Notes: generated by a model from the sequence alone, not told the origin. Counted from the first letter of the whole stretch, positions 1-13,536 are shown. The stretch is DNA of 61,954 nt, filler included, from Choristocarpus tenellus KU-1152 (GCA_964200185.2; 12 parts of 12 records of this genome joined end to end with filler, not necessarily neighbours in it); one strand, 5' to 3'. Translations and numbers: made by a program.

Positions 1-468
1 ATGTGATACTGTATGTATCGTTGAACCATTATCCTCAGAACTGGGACAATTCGCCTGGGTCCATATCCCACGATGGCAGTCGAAGACCAAGTAATTACGT
101 CTTCTGACGTTTTGAGTATGGTGCCGAAACTACCGTTGTTACGGTCAGTGTTTGTGGAGTCGATATTATGAACTATGCGGGAGTGTTAGCTTGGCGGGTC
201 CTTGTGTAGAGTTATCCTCGTATATAAATTGCACCGAAGTTGTACTCAATGCACAAAATATAGAATATTTAGATATTCTATCTATATAATGAATAGTTCT
301 TTGGTTGGCATCGACTTGACAGGAAGATGTGCTTCGTGGACTGCGGTAAAAAAAAAGGGTTCACCTGGGCCGTTTCCGATGAGGAATCTGATTATCACTT
401 GCATACCTGTTCGTCCTCTTCCAGGAGGAGGTCTTCCAATCAACTACCCGTAACTCGACGCATTCTTG

Positions 469-546
469 TTTTAGTCGTTGATCCAACAACGTGTCCATCC
501 GAATTTTTTTTAGTCATTGATCCAACAACGTGTCCATCCGCATTTA
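469..546. repeat. 39-bp tandem duplication
   Basis: TTTTAGTC(G/A)TTGATCCAACAACGTGTCCATCCG repeated with period 39. Confidence 0.9.
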
Positions 547-1199
547 TTAATGGTGATAGTAGTGAATTGGGAGGGCGATTTTGGTTGGCATTGCGGACGG
601 ACTCTGCAAGAAAGTGTTGACGGAATTAACGCCCTCCCAAACACGATTGAAATGTGGGACGATGCAACCATTCTACTACCCTTCTGACTTCTGACTACTT
701 GTGAAAGTATATTGAATCCCTATGAAATTGCTTGTAGGTTAAGGTATCCATATAAAATAAAAATATCAGTTTGCCTTAACCCTTAATTTTCCAGTAAGAA
801 TAGTTCCACACAATAGTATTCAGGATCAAAAGAAGGGTATACGTTTATACGCCACATAATATGTCCTCCACCTTCCTTCGGGAGAGATTAGTCAATAGGC
901 ACTTTTCAGCGGCCGTTTATTTTCTCCTCTCCACAGCGCCATTGTGGATGGATTGTGGTAAGCGAAACTTTGCTCGGGCTAACTTTTCACATTGACTGTG
1001 TCGATCACCATCCTCACACTGATTCCTCCTGCAGATTGTACGTACGTTGTAAATACGAAATGATTATCTCAGCTAATACCCAAACGTGTATGATGTTAAA
1101 AATCTGGCACTTGTTCCAGTGTGAAAAAGGGTAGAATTTACGCATGAGTCAGTGACAAACTTTCCCTCACCTTGCTCCTCGCACACAACAACTGAAGGC

Positions 1200-1560
1200 A
1201 GTGTAACATTTCCTGGAGGGGTGATATCTTTGGATTTTAAATATTCCAAAGGTAATAGCTCTGTCTTCTACGGAGACTGGGTATAAATACCCTTGAGGAT
1301 TGCGGCAGAGGAGCTATTTCTCTTTCAGAGTGTTTAACATGGTTTGTTCAGACATATTTTTCAAGACGTTTCATTGAGATGTTTGAGGACAATGATGGAG
1401 GTAACAGGCTGGTATGTAACGCAACCAGTTCAACCCAAATTAAGCGTATCTATTCCTATCTGGCACCATTATTCGAGGGATGCAGAAAAGAAGATGACAT
1501 TTTGTGTTGTTGTCGATGCGGCAAATCAGAGAACAGCTGTATTGACCAAGAATCTTCCTG
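1200..1560 (+). pseudogene. possible decayed Ulp1/C48-like peptidase (transposon-borne)
   Basis: Frameshifted fragments GVISLDFKYSKGNSSVFYGD..GYKYP and EDDI(L/F)C-VVV resemble the YxDSL and QxDxxxCG motifs of C48 peptidases; heavily disrupted. Confidence 0.25.
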
Positions 1561-2005
1561 TGAAAAGATTGCCGTCAGCATGGATATTTTGGTGATTTGA
1601 TATTATGTTTGGACTACATTATATATTTTTCTATATTTTATTATTTCTATCATCATTACTATTGTTATTTTTGTTATTTCTCTTCGTACTTTATCGAAAG
1701 TTGAGGATATCACAATGAGAAGCTGTGTTCTGCTCATGTTGGTACGAACAATTCCACCACGATACAACCACTCCAACTGCACACATTCATCCATGCATGC
1801 ATCTTGCTAGACGCATAATGACGATGTGTAGAAAGCATCGATGATAGATCTTTTTATGATAATAGCAGTCGTGTTGGTCCTGAATCTGTCGCTTCCGCCT
1901 TTTTTGTCATTCCTCCCACACAACACACACATTCCTCCGACACCACCCTATTATTTGTCCTTACTGTTACTCTTCTTAATTGTAATATTTTCCTGTTGTT
2001 CCTGT

Positions 2006-2089
2006 GTAGTAGTAGTAGCAGCAGCAGCAGCAGCAGCACTAATCGTAGTGGTGGTGGTAGTGGTGGTAGTAGCAGTAGTAGTTGTAGCA
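2006..2089. repeat. compound trinucleotide microsatellite (AGT/GCA/GGT)
   Basis: Direct reading; explains the poly-V/A/S/L shadow ORFs at 1841-2413. Confidence 0.9.
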
Positions 2090-3494
2090 CGCTATCTGTT
2101 ACTATGTGGTACAATTGCAGATACGGAGAGAGACAAAGTAATCCCCATACGCCAGATAGTAGTAAGTGGAAATATTTTCCCAAATTTATTGTTCGGCGGA
2201 AAGGACGAGGAGGCGGTATGCACCATTCTACACACGGAGTTACGACGAAACAAACAACAGGTAACCTTATCTTCAGTGAGTGAGGTAGATGCACATGTTA
2301 AATGCACCAGCAATGGAGCACACTATGCACGAGAAAATCCAATGTGTTCCCTCTCACCGAGAACTGAAAGGCCAAAAAACATATCTAGGAGCTATCACTC
2401 TGGCTTTTTATGAGGGACTCTGAGTGCAAAGGATTTTATCTTGTTTGTGAGCATCATTGGTAGAAGTATAAAGACTGAATGACGCTTTCATGTGTTGGTA
2501 GAAACAATGTAATGATGTGCTAGATATGCTAGTGCATATGATAAGTCAGATGTAGGACAATCATCAGATGTGTTCGTGCACAGAATGAGAGGCCATGATG
2601 ATGGTGGAGGCCAAGACTGGTGATATCAATATATTTTCTGTGCCTGTTTCCCTGATACCCCACCAGCAGATTCCTGGTAAGGAGCTACATATCACACGAG
2701 CTGCCAACATTCTTCACAGTGCTGGTAGGCCAACCTCAAGGACGCACTATTTTAATGGGATCGATGTGGGGCCGTCTTTGCCTTAAGAGCACAGGTTTAT
2801 CCTTGAACGTCTACACAGAGGGGAAATGGTGCCGCCTCGATCGGGTTTCATATATCCTTCCTCTAATCTCGAAAAGCTTGAAGAAGTTATGCCCCTATTC
2901 ACATTTCCGAGAGGATCATTGGACAAAGGATTTTCACAAACACAAAATCATATCCAAATATATTGACCAACAACTCATCGTGTGGAATTGATTGCAATGC
3001 CATATCTCGTATCCACTTCTGGACGCGGGCATTCGTCAATGGGCGCTGGTGAAATACGATGAACCACGATGAATTTGGTAAAAATGCTCACGTATATACA
3101 ACACTTGGTGGTGTAGTGGGGAACAAGTACTTCCTCCTGTATATTGGAGAGAGAAATGTACACACATGCAGAAAAGTGATGCGGCAGTCTGGAGTACACC
3201 ATGACGTACAGTTGTGGGATGCTGACATTTTCATTCTACCCTTTGACGACACTTGGTGTTAGTCGTGGTGCTGAGGGAATAAAGGTGCGGTCGGCCTTTG
3301 TGTCCTTCTTAGGTAGTGTTCTTACCACCATACGTTTATCTGTCATACTTTGTTTCTTCATCTCATCCGTGGTTCTTGACCCTCATGGGGGAAGGGGATA
3401 CTGCGATTGTCGGGAAGGTAAGGGAGGTACATGGAAGGGGTATGTAGCGCAAGAACTGGTGTATGAGATGAGAGGAATATAAGCCACCTCCACT

Positions 3495-3754
3495 AAGTCA
3501 AAGTAAATGAGTGATTCCAAGGTTTTGGGCGATTTGTATTTTAAGCCACTATTTCTCATATTTTGCGATTCACCCACATTCCTATGGATATAGTGCAAAT
3601 ATTAACTTGAGAGCGTTGATTCTTGTATTGTTTGAAAATTTCGACAGAACTCAGAAAGGTCCCTACACATATTAGTCCAAAAGTCAAAGTTTGGACAAAG
3701 TCGTCAGCATCTTTATCTTGCAGCCCTGGCTACCCCTCGTTTATATTTTGGCTC
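3495..3754. mobile_element. MITE family C
   Basis: TIR AAGTCAAAGTAAATGAG...CTCGTTTATATTTTGGCTC; homologous to 13537, 36585 and 42738. Confidence 0.75.
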
Positions 3755-4600
3755 GCTGGTAGGGGAAGGAAGCTATAGGATAGCCAGAACATCGACAGGA
3801 AAATATGATATACATGTCAGTTGGTCTTGCTGTACGATTGACTTCTTCACGTTACAAACATGATTTTGTATTTGCCACAACCAGATCGAAACTACATTGC
3901 CATTATATCAACCACACCTCAAAAGAGATTACAAGCACTATGTGGCAGAAGAAAAATACTACTACTCCGGAGTACTTAGTACAAATGCATACTTGTAAAT
4001 ACTTCACTATTAAAAGTACACTCTCAAGAATACACCAAAGGTATGTATGATCTCCGGGGAAGGGATTTGTCAATACACGGAAAAAAGAAAATGGAGGGTG
4101 GCCCACGTATGTGTGGCTTCATCATCTGGAGTCACAGAATCAGAGACAAGCATAAACCCAGGGATTAACATGTAGGTTTTGACTGAGGAGATAAGAGAGA
4201 TTGAAGCTTAAGGGTTGGCGAAGTAAATATGTATTGGAATCATATACCTGTGCTGAGTTCTACATTGATTGACCAATAAACGTACCTTCATGCAGTCGCT
4301 GCATTTTGTTTTGATTGATCTGGATAGTATGTGATGTTCACACGGCGGTGCAATGTTAGGTTAAGCAGTTAGAAACTATAGTTAGGCGATTTGCTCGGGT
4401 GAAGCTGTTGCAGCATTGAGTTTGCAGGTGGTGTGGTAGTTATCATTGTATATATATATATATATTTGTTGTTGATATACCCTAGTTAGGGTTGCTGAAG
4501 AATTGATGACCTCGAGCAGTTGTAGAAAGTGACAAGAGGTAAGCGGCAATCTAGGAGTCCGACAGGCGAGACACATGGTGATGGATAATTCGTCGCCTGA

Positions 4601-4831
4601 GATTGAAAGTATCTTAGAGGGTACGAGTTTTGCACTGTGTATCCATTTGGGGCTTGGCTTCCCATGGGTTTTAAAATGGCATTTTCCTACTTCAAAATGT
4701 TTCGGAGTAGGTAAAATGTATGAAAAGGTGTGTCCAGAAAAAGGATATCGATGCTTACTACATCAAAATCGCAACATTGGATATTGGTCCCAAAATGGAC
4801 GCGCCCCTACCCCTCTAAGATACTTTGTCTC
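4601..4831 (+). mobile_element. MITE family B
   Basis: TIR GATTGAAAGTATCTTAGAGGG...CCTCTAAGATACTTTGTCTC; TSD TGA/TGA; multiple homologues in window. Confidence 0.9.
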
Positions 4832-5918
4832 TGATGTGTGTAAGGAGGGGAGGTCTTTGTCTCTAGCTAAGTTCCTGCCAAGAAAAGTAAAGTTTGAAAC
4901 AAAACACGAATTTGCAACCACCAAGTCTTTATCAACATTGAGGAACTATGGGTTGATCAAGGCCAAACAAGTTTGAATCCCAAAAGGTGGATATGCTAGA
5001 GTGAATGAGCTCCAGCTACATCCTAAATTCCCTTTGCTGGATCATTAAACCTCTTTCTGGGTAATATTCGCTACCTGTTAACAGCTGGACGTACGTATGT
5101 TGAACATGTGGAAAATATGCCGCCGAAAATCCACAAACTGGGGAACATGATTTTCTTGTGCTCCCCCCTTGATTCAACAATTATCATTTTCAAAACGTAC
5201 TTAAACATACCCTTTCACTCAGAACAATGGGTTTTGTAAGACTCGGCATGTATGCACTTAAACCCACGAGGTAGAGGCATTTTGATACTTCGTCTACAGT
5301 TCTAATTTTCAAAATGTTTATTTTCCGATGATCCTTCAAGATGTATTGGCTACATTTTCCATGTTCACATTGTCTGAAAATAGATAGCTTGCCTATGATT
5401 TGCGTGGTGTACTTCATGTCGATTAATTGTATTGTTTGTGCTAGCTGTTAGCAATTCCCCAATTGCAGCCAAATTAATACCCCTTCCATGTTATAAGAAG
5501 ATTCCATGAGTATTGACTCATTTAATAGTGACTATTTAGATGGAACTATTCCACCATTCTTACTAAACAAGGTGGGTTGTGGTTGGCATTGTGATTGGGG
5601 TGTGTAGTATGGCAAGAGTGTACGTTGCCGCTCTTGCGACATTGGCAGAAAGTTGGAATGAGCAAAATCATCGCTCAAAATGTTGGCAAAAATTGAACGT
5701 GGACATCAGTTCTTCCAGTTTGGAGGCTGTGAAACGTCCAGTTATTCAAACAAATGTATGCGGTGATTGTTATGGAGTCATAGTGATCTGTATTGTTTCC
5801 TGGAACATCTCTTTTAACAGGTGATAGTGCGTTTAAGCATTAAATAATAAGATGTTGAGAAATTCGAAATTTTATTAAGAGAAATACATGTTTCTCCCCC
5901 CCCCAAAGGATCCCAAAT

Positions 5919-5939
5919 GCCTCAAAGTATCTGAAGGGG
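5919..5939. mobile_element. MITE family A terminus at contig end
   Basis: GCCTCAAAGTATCTGAAGGGG. Confidence 0.7.
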
Positions 5940-6039
5940 NNNNNNNNNNNNNNNNNNNNNNNNNNNNNNNNNNNNNNNNNNNNTTAATTAATTAANNNNN
6001 NNNNNNNNNNNNNNNNNNNNNNNNNNNNNNNNNNNNNNN
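5940..6039. other. artificial contig spacer
   Basis: N44-TTAATTAATTAA-N44 (stop codons in six frames). Confidence 0.98.
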
Positions 6040-6374
6040 GAGGTAATTTATTTGTTAGTAGTGAAGATAAGAAGGTGTGAAGCCTCACACGACCCCCTTT
6101 GCTGAACGTGATTACATGGTTGAAATTGGAAGAGTGACCTTGGTGTGGTGTCTTCTCATTGCTTGTTTATTATTTATTTGTGCTTCACATACATAAGTCA
6201 ACGATTATGTCAAAGTAGTTGAATGCGGAACAAATACCAATACATAATCCCATACATAATCCCATACATAATCCGGATGTACTATCTCATTAGTTACATC
6301 ACATGGACTCAATTCAACACAATAATCTAATATACACAAAACAGGTACACCTCACTATTGTCTTATTTTGCACA
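6040..6374 (-). mobile_element. copia LTR (copy 1, 3' end cut by contig edge)
   Basis: Homologous to 34205-34533 and 47320-47673; begins TGTGCAAAATAAGACAATAGTGAGG on minus strand. Confidence 0.85.
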
Positions 6375-7913
6375 ATTTCGAATCCGCCTACCAATTGAAA
6401 TAGGACTTCAGTCGTTTCAGTGTTTTGGTTAAGTACAGATCGAGTTACTTGTGTCTGATTCGTGCATCATCAGTGTACCTTGTCTTGGTGTCCGACTACC
6501 ATGTTCATGCAGTTTCCATCCGATGGGTCATGCATTTGCACAGTGGATCCAATACAAGGTTCAGACTACTAAAATATAAAACATTTTTTAAACAACTCTT
6601 CCCCATCTTTTCCACTAAGTTTCCTATCAATTCGCCAAGGCCTGCGATGGATATGTTTTCTTCTTACCAGCCGCTAATTACTCTGTTAACCCTACCGCCT
6701 ACCTCCCCCTTGCTTCTCAATACTCTATGCACCATCTCATGCTTTGTCCAAGTGTCGACAAACGAGGGCCGATCTCGTCCTCCTTAAAATCTTGGACGAT
6801 CATATACCAAAGTCCACGCGCGATGCTCCTAACCACAACACTAACCTTGAGCCTACCCTAAACACGTGCCATGAACTCGACGAATGTCCTGGATCGCCAC
6901 GCCCACACACCGACACTCACCATATCCTTACCATAACACTTACACTGAACCCATCTGCATCCCGTGCCAACCTAAACTAGACAAGAGTCTTACCTGAATT
7001 ACGTACCAGTGCCGTCATCAACCCTACTTACACCAAACCAACCCTATCTCGTCAGGATTTATTCAACCCACTAACCCTAACCCAGAATCAAGGGTTGTAC
7101 ATCTTGAGATACTTCCAGCGAAACATACGACAATAGACCTTGACCAATAAGCCTTTGTGAACACATCCAGAATCCGTCGAAACATTACATCAAAGAAACA
7201 ATTGACTAACCCAAAAGTAAAACCTGACCCTTTTCCCTTCCGTCATGCCAACAACTTTAACCCTAACACCCTGAGCGACAACCCCATTTGTGTACATATT
7301 AAATCCGACACATGCAAGCAAATAAACAAAATACTAAATATAAAACAGTACATGGATTATTTTTCAATTCCTCGTGCACACACCGGGACAACAGGCCCTA
7401 ACTGACAGTCCTCTTTTATACATACTAGACACGACTTATGCAAGCTAATACACGAAAAAACTAACCTCAAAACAGTCCATGGTATTATTTTCAGTTCCTC
7501 GTGCTAAAACTGGATAACCCTAACACCCTAATCGACAGCCCTCTTTATGTGCTAACCAAGTCCCACTCATGCAACCAACCAACCCAGTAACTAGCCCTGA
7601 AACAACCAATGACATATCTCTCATTCTTCATCCAAACTGTACAACCAACATAACATCGACATAAGCCTGTTTGAACATATTCGAAATCCAACACATGCAA
7701 ACATCGAAACTCCTAAACCAGGCCCAAATAAATGGTGACATATATTCCCATTCCTCTTGCGTACGCAAGGACAGAAGGGAACCTAACCAACAGTCTTATT
7801 TTTTTTGCCCACATTTCCAATCCGACACATGCGACCTAATTATACCAAAAAGTGAACATCGAAAAATGGGTGAAGAACGGACGCCGGTACCCTGGCCCCA
7901 GATACTTTGACCC
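6375..7913 (+). mobile_element. right arm of a long TIR element related to MITE-A
   Basis: Ends CCCAGATACTTTGACCC; the last ~100 bp align with the MITE-A right half; 6376-6453 is about 85% identical to the reverse complement of 19117-19194. Confidence 0.6.
7250..7860 (+). repeat. degenerate ~130-bp tandem array
   Basis: Motif ATCCGACACATGCAA or variants at ~7303, 7428, 7560, 7686 and 7820; recurring CCTAAC..ACAG and TTCCTC blocks. Confidence 0.7.
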
Positions 7914-8572
7914 ATTACGTGTAGTCTGGAGTTTGTGTGGAGCGTCCAAAACTCCGAGGTAAGAATCCGGGAAGGTGTAGACTGTTCGTAGATAGTGCTC
8001 CTGATACGCTAAATATACCGCCAGTGGAGGAAAGGTAGAGCCAGATATATGTCTCCACATATTTGAGTTGAGCTCTACCCAACATAATATGATACAGCGA
8101 TGAGCTTCATTGCTATGCCTTTCTGAATCATCGTGTATGAATCATCGTTTTATGTTCATCTCGTCATAGCATGTAATGTTCAGGAAAATGGGGAAATGGA
8201 GTAGAACTCAAGGTTGAAACCCATGTTGATTAGCAATTTTGAGTAAAAGCAGAAATCAACATGGTGATTTAGCAGTAGTAAATAGTTGAAACCTTACAAA
8301 ATATTATCCTGTTGATCGTCCTCGAATGTACCCCATTGCCCCAGTCACTGGTGGTTTTTCTTCATTGGGATGTGTGGGTTCAAACCCGGTTCCAATAAGT
8401 CGAGTTCAGATATATAATAGTGCCAAGATTGTATTGCCTTCTTCTGGCTACACTATTTATACTACAACACACATGAGGCTGCCCCCCTGTGCCAACTCGT
8501 AATGGGTCGCTAAGAAGTGAAAAAAGTCTGACTGTGGGGTTCCCCAAGGACATTGGGCGATCCTAAAGACAG

Positions 8573-8672
8573 NNNNNNNNNNNNNNNNNNNNNNNNNNNN
8601 NNNNNNNNNNNNNNNNTTAATTAATTAANNNNNNNNNNNNNNNNNNNNNNNNNNNNNNNNNNNNNNNNNNNN
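8573..8672. other. artificial contig spacer
   Basis: N44-TTAATTAATTAA-N44. Confidence 0.98.
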
Positions 8673-9159
8673 AGGGTACGGTTTAATGATGGGGATTGGG
8701 AGGAAATGAACAAAAGCGAAATGAGTCGTTTCTCCCAAAAATGACCCACCAGGTAACCACTATGCATCCAGAAGGCAAGGTACATGAAGACTAACCGATT
8801 CATGTAAGAACACAGGAATCATTGGCAGTCCTAGTCCTCACAGAACGCAAGACGGGAGAACTCAGAAACAGGAAGTAACCCATATCAGCTCAGGCAGTAG
8901 TTTATATAGGATGCTTTTGTTTCTTTCCCTTCTTACCCTTTTCTTTTCTTTTTGTTGTTTATCTCCCTGCTTCCCTGTTATTTTCTTTTCTTTTCTTTTC
9001 TGTAAGCCCTGGTATCCCCTTACAGCTGCACTTACTTTGCTATATATTGCTTAAGTCTTCCCCCTCTTTCCCTCCCTACTTTTAAAATTTTATTAGTATT
9101 TAAAAAATTTTTTTGATGAAGGCCAATGTTGATGTTATTGCCTGTGTTACACACTAGCA

Positions 9160-9643
9160 GCTGGGGGGCATGAGACAGGCAATAATCAGATGATACTTGG
9201 CACTCTAGGGAAGCTGTTTTTTAGAGAAAATGAATATATCCCATGATTAGGCTAGATGTAGACAGATTTTCCCAAGTCAAGGATAGCTGTTGTGGACCTA
9301 GTACGAGTACAGTATCCTTTTCCTCTCCTTTTTTTTGCAACAGGACGATCTGAGGTGATTGACGATATCTGTTGTCTTCACCGGTGAGAATCGCCTATGG
9401 TAAGTGTGAAACATGTATCGCTAGTTCACGCTGGGGGGCATGTTACAGGCGAATAGCGCGAGCGTTTCTTCTTGTATTTTATCGAAGTTCGAGCATTTGT
9501 TACGCGTGGATAGCGCGATCATTTTCTCCTCATGTTTTAGGAAATACGAACATTTGTAACAGATATACAGTGTAAGGATTGTTTCTCGAGTTCTTGCAAG
9601 TACGAACTATATACGATACTAGTAACACATAGGTAGCCTTACA
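9160..9643 (+). mobile_element. cluster of short TG...CA LTR-like units
   Basis: GCTGGGGGGCA followed by TGAGACA..TGCAACA (9171-9342) and by TGTTACA..TGTAACA (9441-9561); then TGTAAGG..CCTTACA (9571-9643). Confidence 0.35.
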
Positions 9644-12339
9644 GAATAAGTGATTATTTTGAGAAGAAAGTCACTAAGAAGTTCAAGAATAGAGGCTTAT
9701 GATTGGAGTACCTATACAGTAGTTGATAGAAGACAAACGAAATTGGGTGGATGATGAAAATAATAAGAGGGCTTTTGGTTACTCCAGGACCCCACTTATG
9801 CCAGTCTTTATCTTTTGAACGAAACATTGAGTCAAGCTTTGAGCTAAGCACTGAGTGGAGTATTGAGAGAAAGGCTATCTGACACCCTACAACCCTTTGT
9901 AAAAGGCAACGCCCCCATAGCGTCGTTTTAAGGTTGTTGGATTTGAGTTGTACATCCTGTGGAGGTGAGTCCTGAGGGGCGCCTGTAACATATACTCGTC
10001 AAAGTGTGACCTATTACGTGGTTGTGAAATCCCTGCACTGCAACATTCTCTACTGCACATCTTCTGTTGCATCAACTACCTTCTACCACCTTCTACCTTT
10101 TCCAGAAATGAATGGTAGGTGCGCTCTCTGCACACAGGTGTCATCAGCTTGTACGGTGTGCACCACCACCTCGCCGAAAAGCTCAGAATTATCCCTCCGC
10201 TTCTTCCCAAGCCCTTACTAGGACTCTCTCCAACATGTAGTCCTACTGACCCTGGCTAACTAGTGAATGCCAAACGCACGTCAACCATCAATTCTCTCCT
10301 ATTCCCCGCCGTATCCTACAATACCGAATTCAGACATAGATATTCCAGCATTTCCCCATCCTGAGCTATTGAAATACTTCAGTAAAATTTCCTCATTCGT
10401 TGGAGAAAAATAGCGACTCGTTCACCTTCAAATTCCGTTCACAACGCATGGCACACCTGTGATTGGTAATGTTTCGGATTTGAACCAAAATTGCAATGAA
10501 TACATACATACATCCTCCAAGTACATGTCCATCGTGACACATGTTCATAGTATCCAAAAAAAAAGAAATTGTGGTCTGCAACAGGACTCGCAACCAGGTC
10601 CTGTATCATCCACCTACATGCGATTCTCATCCCTGAGTCCCTCCACCTTTGTCGTAACATTAACGACACCTACACCATCTTCCAATAGTAGGACAGAGGT
10701 TCACTGCAGAGTCCAATCGGCAGAACCTCAGGAGAACCCCTGTTCTCTTCTCGAGAAAAACTAGACACAGGGAAACATCTGATGCCAAGTTTGTGAGGGG
10801 GACTGAATCATTCTGTGACGCAGCGGGGATATTATCGTCAGGGGAAGAGTCTAAAGGGAAAGTGTCGATGACGTCAGGAGACTCATATACTCCTGTGGGT
10901 TACAAAGGCGAAGGTAGCAACAGCTCCTTGCTATGGGGGCTACCTCCTCACATTTGTGAGAGAGAGGTTGAGAAAGGCGTCATACAGTTATGAGAGGAGA
11001 AGATGAAATGCAATCAACTCACGGTTCAATGGAAGGAGTGGAGGGAACGCCAGTGTGAGCGGAAGGAGAATTGAGAGGAATACTGGGGAGTACATCCTCC
11101 TAGAACCGACCTTGGAGGTTGTTGGAGGAGACAAACCTCCGTGACTGATTCAAGGGCAGGGTGCTGTACTTGCGGTTTGGAGAAGAGTAGATGAGAGGCA
11201 CTGTATCAAGACATCGACCCTAATACACGGAGGACCTGGGAGAGGGGTCACTCAGAGCCATGAGGTGAAATGGGATGATGACCAACTGCACATGTCCAGG
11301 TTGTGTTGTAAACTACTATGATACCCGCCAGAGAGCTCCTCCAGGTAGCTGGTTTGTAGACAAGTCGAAAAATCTCAGTAGACAGGGCAGGAGATGATCT
11401 ACTATTCCTCTATTCTCGTGCGTGGCGTTTGCTTCTTTCGGTTTCTTTGTTTTGAATTCTACTTTGTGGTGAATACATGGCACATGGTGTTGTGAGGGGT
11501 GCTTCTAAGGCTGTATTGCTTTACTTCAAAGTATTTCATATTGATGTTTTTATAGAGTATACTATTACTGTTTATTCCGTATTATCTCTGATTTATTTGT
11601 TGTCTTCAACTTTCATTTTTGCCATTTGTGATGCTTTCCCTTGCAATATTCGACTTCATTCATAGTGCTTGATGACTTTGTCCTTGTGGGTATGAAAGTT
11701 TGTTCATCGTTGCAGTCTAGAGATTGTGATTACATTTAATTTTTTTTTCTCGTGAGATGTAGTGTTCATACACCATTCTTGATGCACTAATTTTTCCCGT
11801 GAGTTCTTGTCTCCATAATTTTCTTGTGAAGATATCATTTTGAGAAGTGTGGTTCATCTTCATCATCGTCTTCATTCTTCTCAACAGTTGATTTCATGTA
11901 CACATACACTGGATGGGCATTACCCAATCTATTAACATACTACTTCTATCCCATAAGTTTGTGTCGCGAAACATCTCGGGTCGTTGAGCGAGAACGGTGC
12001 CGAATCGGACGATAAACCACAGAATGAAATCGGGTTGACAATCTCAGCTTTCAGAAAAGGTTGGGAGTCGAGAATCATCAGGTACAAACTCGAGGTGCTT
12101 CAAGCCGTCAAACTAGAGGTCTTTTGGGGTGATTTGAGGCCAGAAATGGGCATGTCGAGGGTCAGAACATCAGCATGGCAAACCCCCTTGTCGACTCCCT
12201 TGAGTAAGAAGGGTGCCCAAGTGTCCCTGAATACCAGGGTTGCGTTTACAGTGCAGCACACCCTCACGATTGTCCCTGGTGAGCATTAACTGCCGCAACA
12301 CCTTGAGCCGGCCCTCACAGTGGAGTTTGTAGTGTCCAA

Positions 12340-13120
12340 GCATTACACATGTGAGGACTCTGGGAGGCGTCGCTGATCAGCTCACCCGTGACCAAATGCT
12401 TGACGTAGGGGTGGCAGCACGTAGTGCATAATAGCCTTTGGAGCTCACCCCCCGACCAAGATGGCTGCAATACATAGTATCAACTCCAACAACCAGTCAT
12501 CCACAGTTCATCAGGTGACAATGAATATGGTCACCAAGGGGCTGAATTATAGCACGAGCATCATAAACAGGTGGGGTTGGATTATATGGGGGCCATGCCA
12601 AATTGCCGCTGGATCAAAACCAAGCTTAAATCGTGCCAAAAGGCATGGAGAATGGACTTTGTTTGCGATCAAGTGGACCTGAAACGTGGTGTGTATGGCT
12701 CCATGGTGAACACGATCCATGTGGATGAAACCGGGTTTTATGTGATGACTGATGGGGAAAGGGTTAGGGTATTTCCACATGAGGGTGATAGTGAACTTCC
12801 AGGGTCCCCTACTGCGCAACACAACAGTCATGTCCAAAACCATGATCATTGCGACCAATGCCTACCCAGATTCGGCTCACAGCTTTGATGGAAAGCTTGG
12901 TGTTTGGCATGTGTGCACGACAAAAACGGCAGAAAGGACAAGCAAGAACCATAAAAAGGGGTGTGTGTATGAGCAGGACTGTACTTCAGAGAGATGGTAC
13001 ACGGAGGAGTTACTGCCTGCAATCAACACCAAGATGCCTTGGTTGCAGGGAAGCACATTGTCGTTCAGCAAGATGGAGCCACCCCCCACACGGGCAAGGG
13101 CAACTCAGAAATCTTGTCAG
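12340..13120 (+). pseudogene. Tc1/mariner transposase, DD39D (plant/oomycete mariner-like) type; frameshifted and truncated
   Basis: Motifs across frames: RWIKPSL, IHVDETGFY, KTMII, FDGKLGVW, AERTSKNHKKG, LLPAI..KMPW, IVVQQDGATPH. Confidence 0.88.
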
Positions 13121-13220
13121 NNNNNNNNNNNNNNNNNNNNNNNNNNNNNNNNNNNNNNNNNNNNTTAATTAATTAANNNNNNNNNNNNNNNNNNNNNNNN
13201 NNNNNNNNNNNNNNNNNNNN
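13121..13220. other. artificial contig spacer
   Basis: N44-TTAATTAATTAA-N44. Confidence 0.98.
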
Positions 13221-13292
13221 AAAACCGCAACATGAAAAAATTGACCCCAAATGGACAGCCCCCCCCCCCCCCCCCCCTAGTTACTTTGGGCC
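13221..13292 (+). mobile_element. MITE family A (partial)
   Basis: CCCCAAATGGACAGCC-C(n)-TAGTTACTTTGGGCC. Confidence 0.8.
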
Positions 13293-13412
13293 AATCAGAT
13301 ATCGCTATTTGAATCTAGCGATTGTACCATGGAGTGCTTGCCACAGACAAGTCATATACAGCCATGCTACAGTACTTCGTTTCACTATGTAGCACACTGT
13401 GGAATGAGATAA

Positions 13413-13450
<38 letters not shown>
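13413..13450. repeat. (AAT)n microsatellite
   Basis: Direct reading. Confidence 0.95.
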
Positions 13451-13451
<1 letters not shown>

Positions 13452-13536
13452 TGCAACACGTTACAGATCTCATTCCATCCCCTCCTCCTCCAGACGATCC
13501 TTGCTTCAATCACGAAGTAAGTTGCTGCATTTGGAA

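Noticed and set aside
1841-2413. 190-aa hydrophobic ORF as a membrane protein
   Set aside because: Its composition is produced by a trinucleotide microsatellite.
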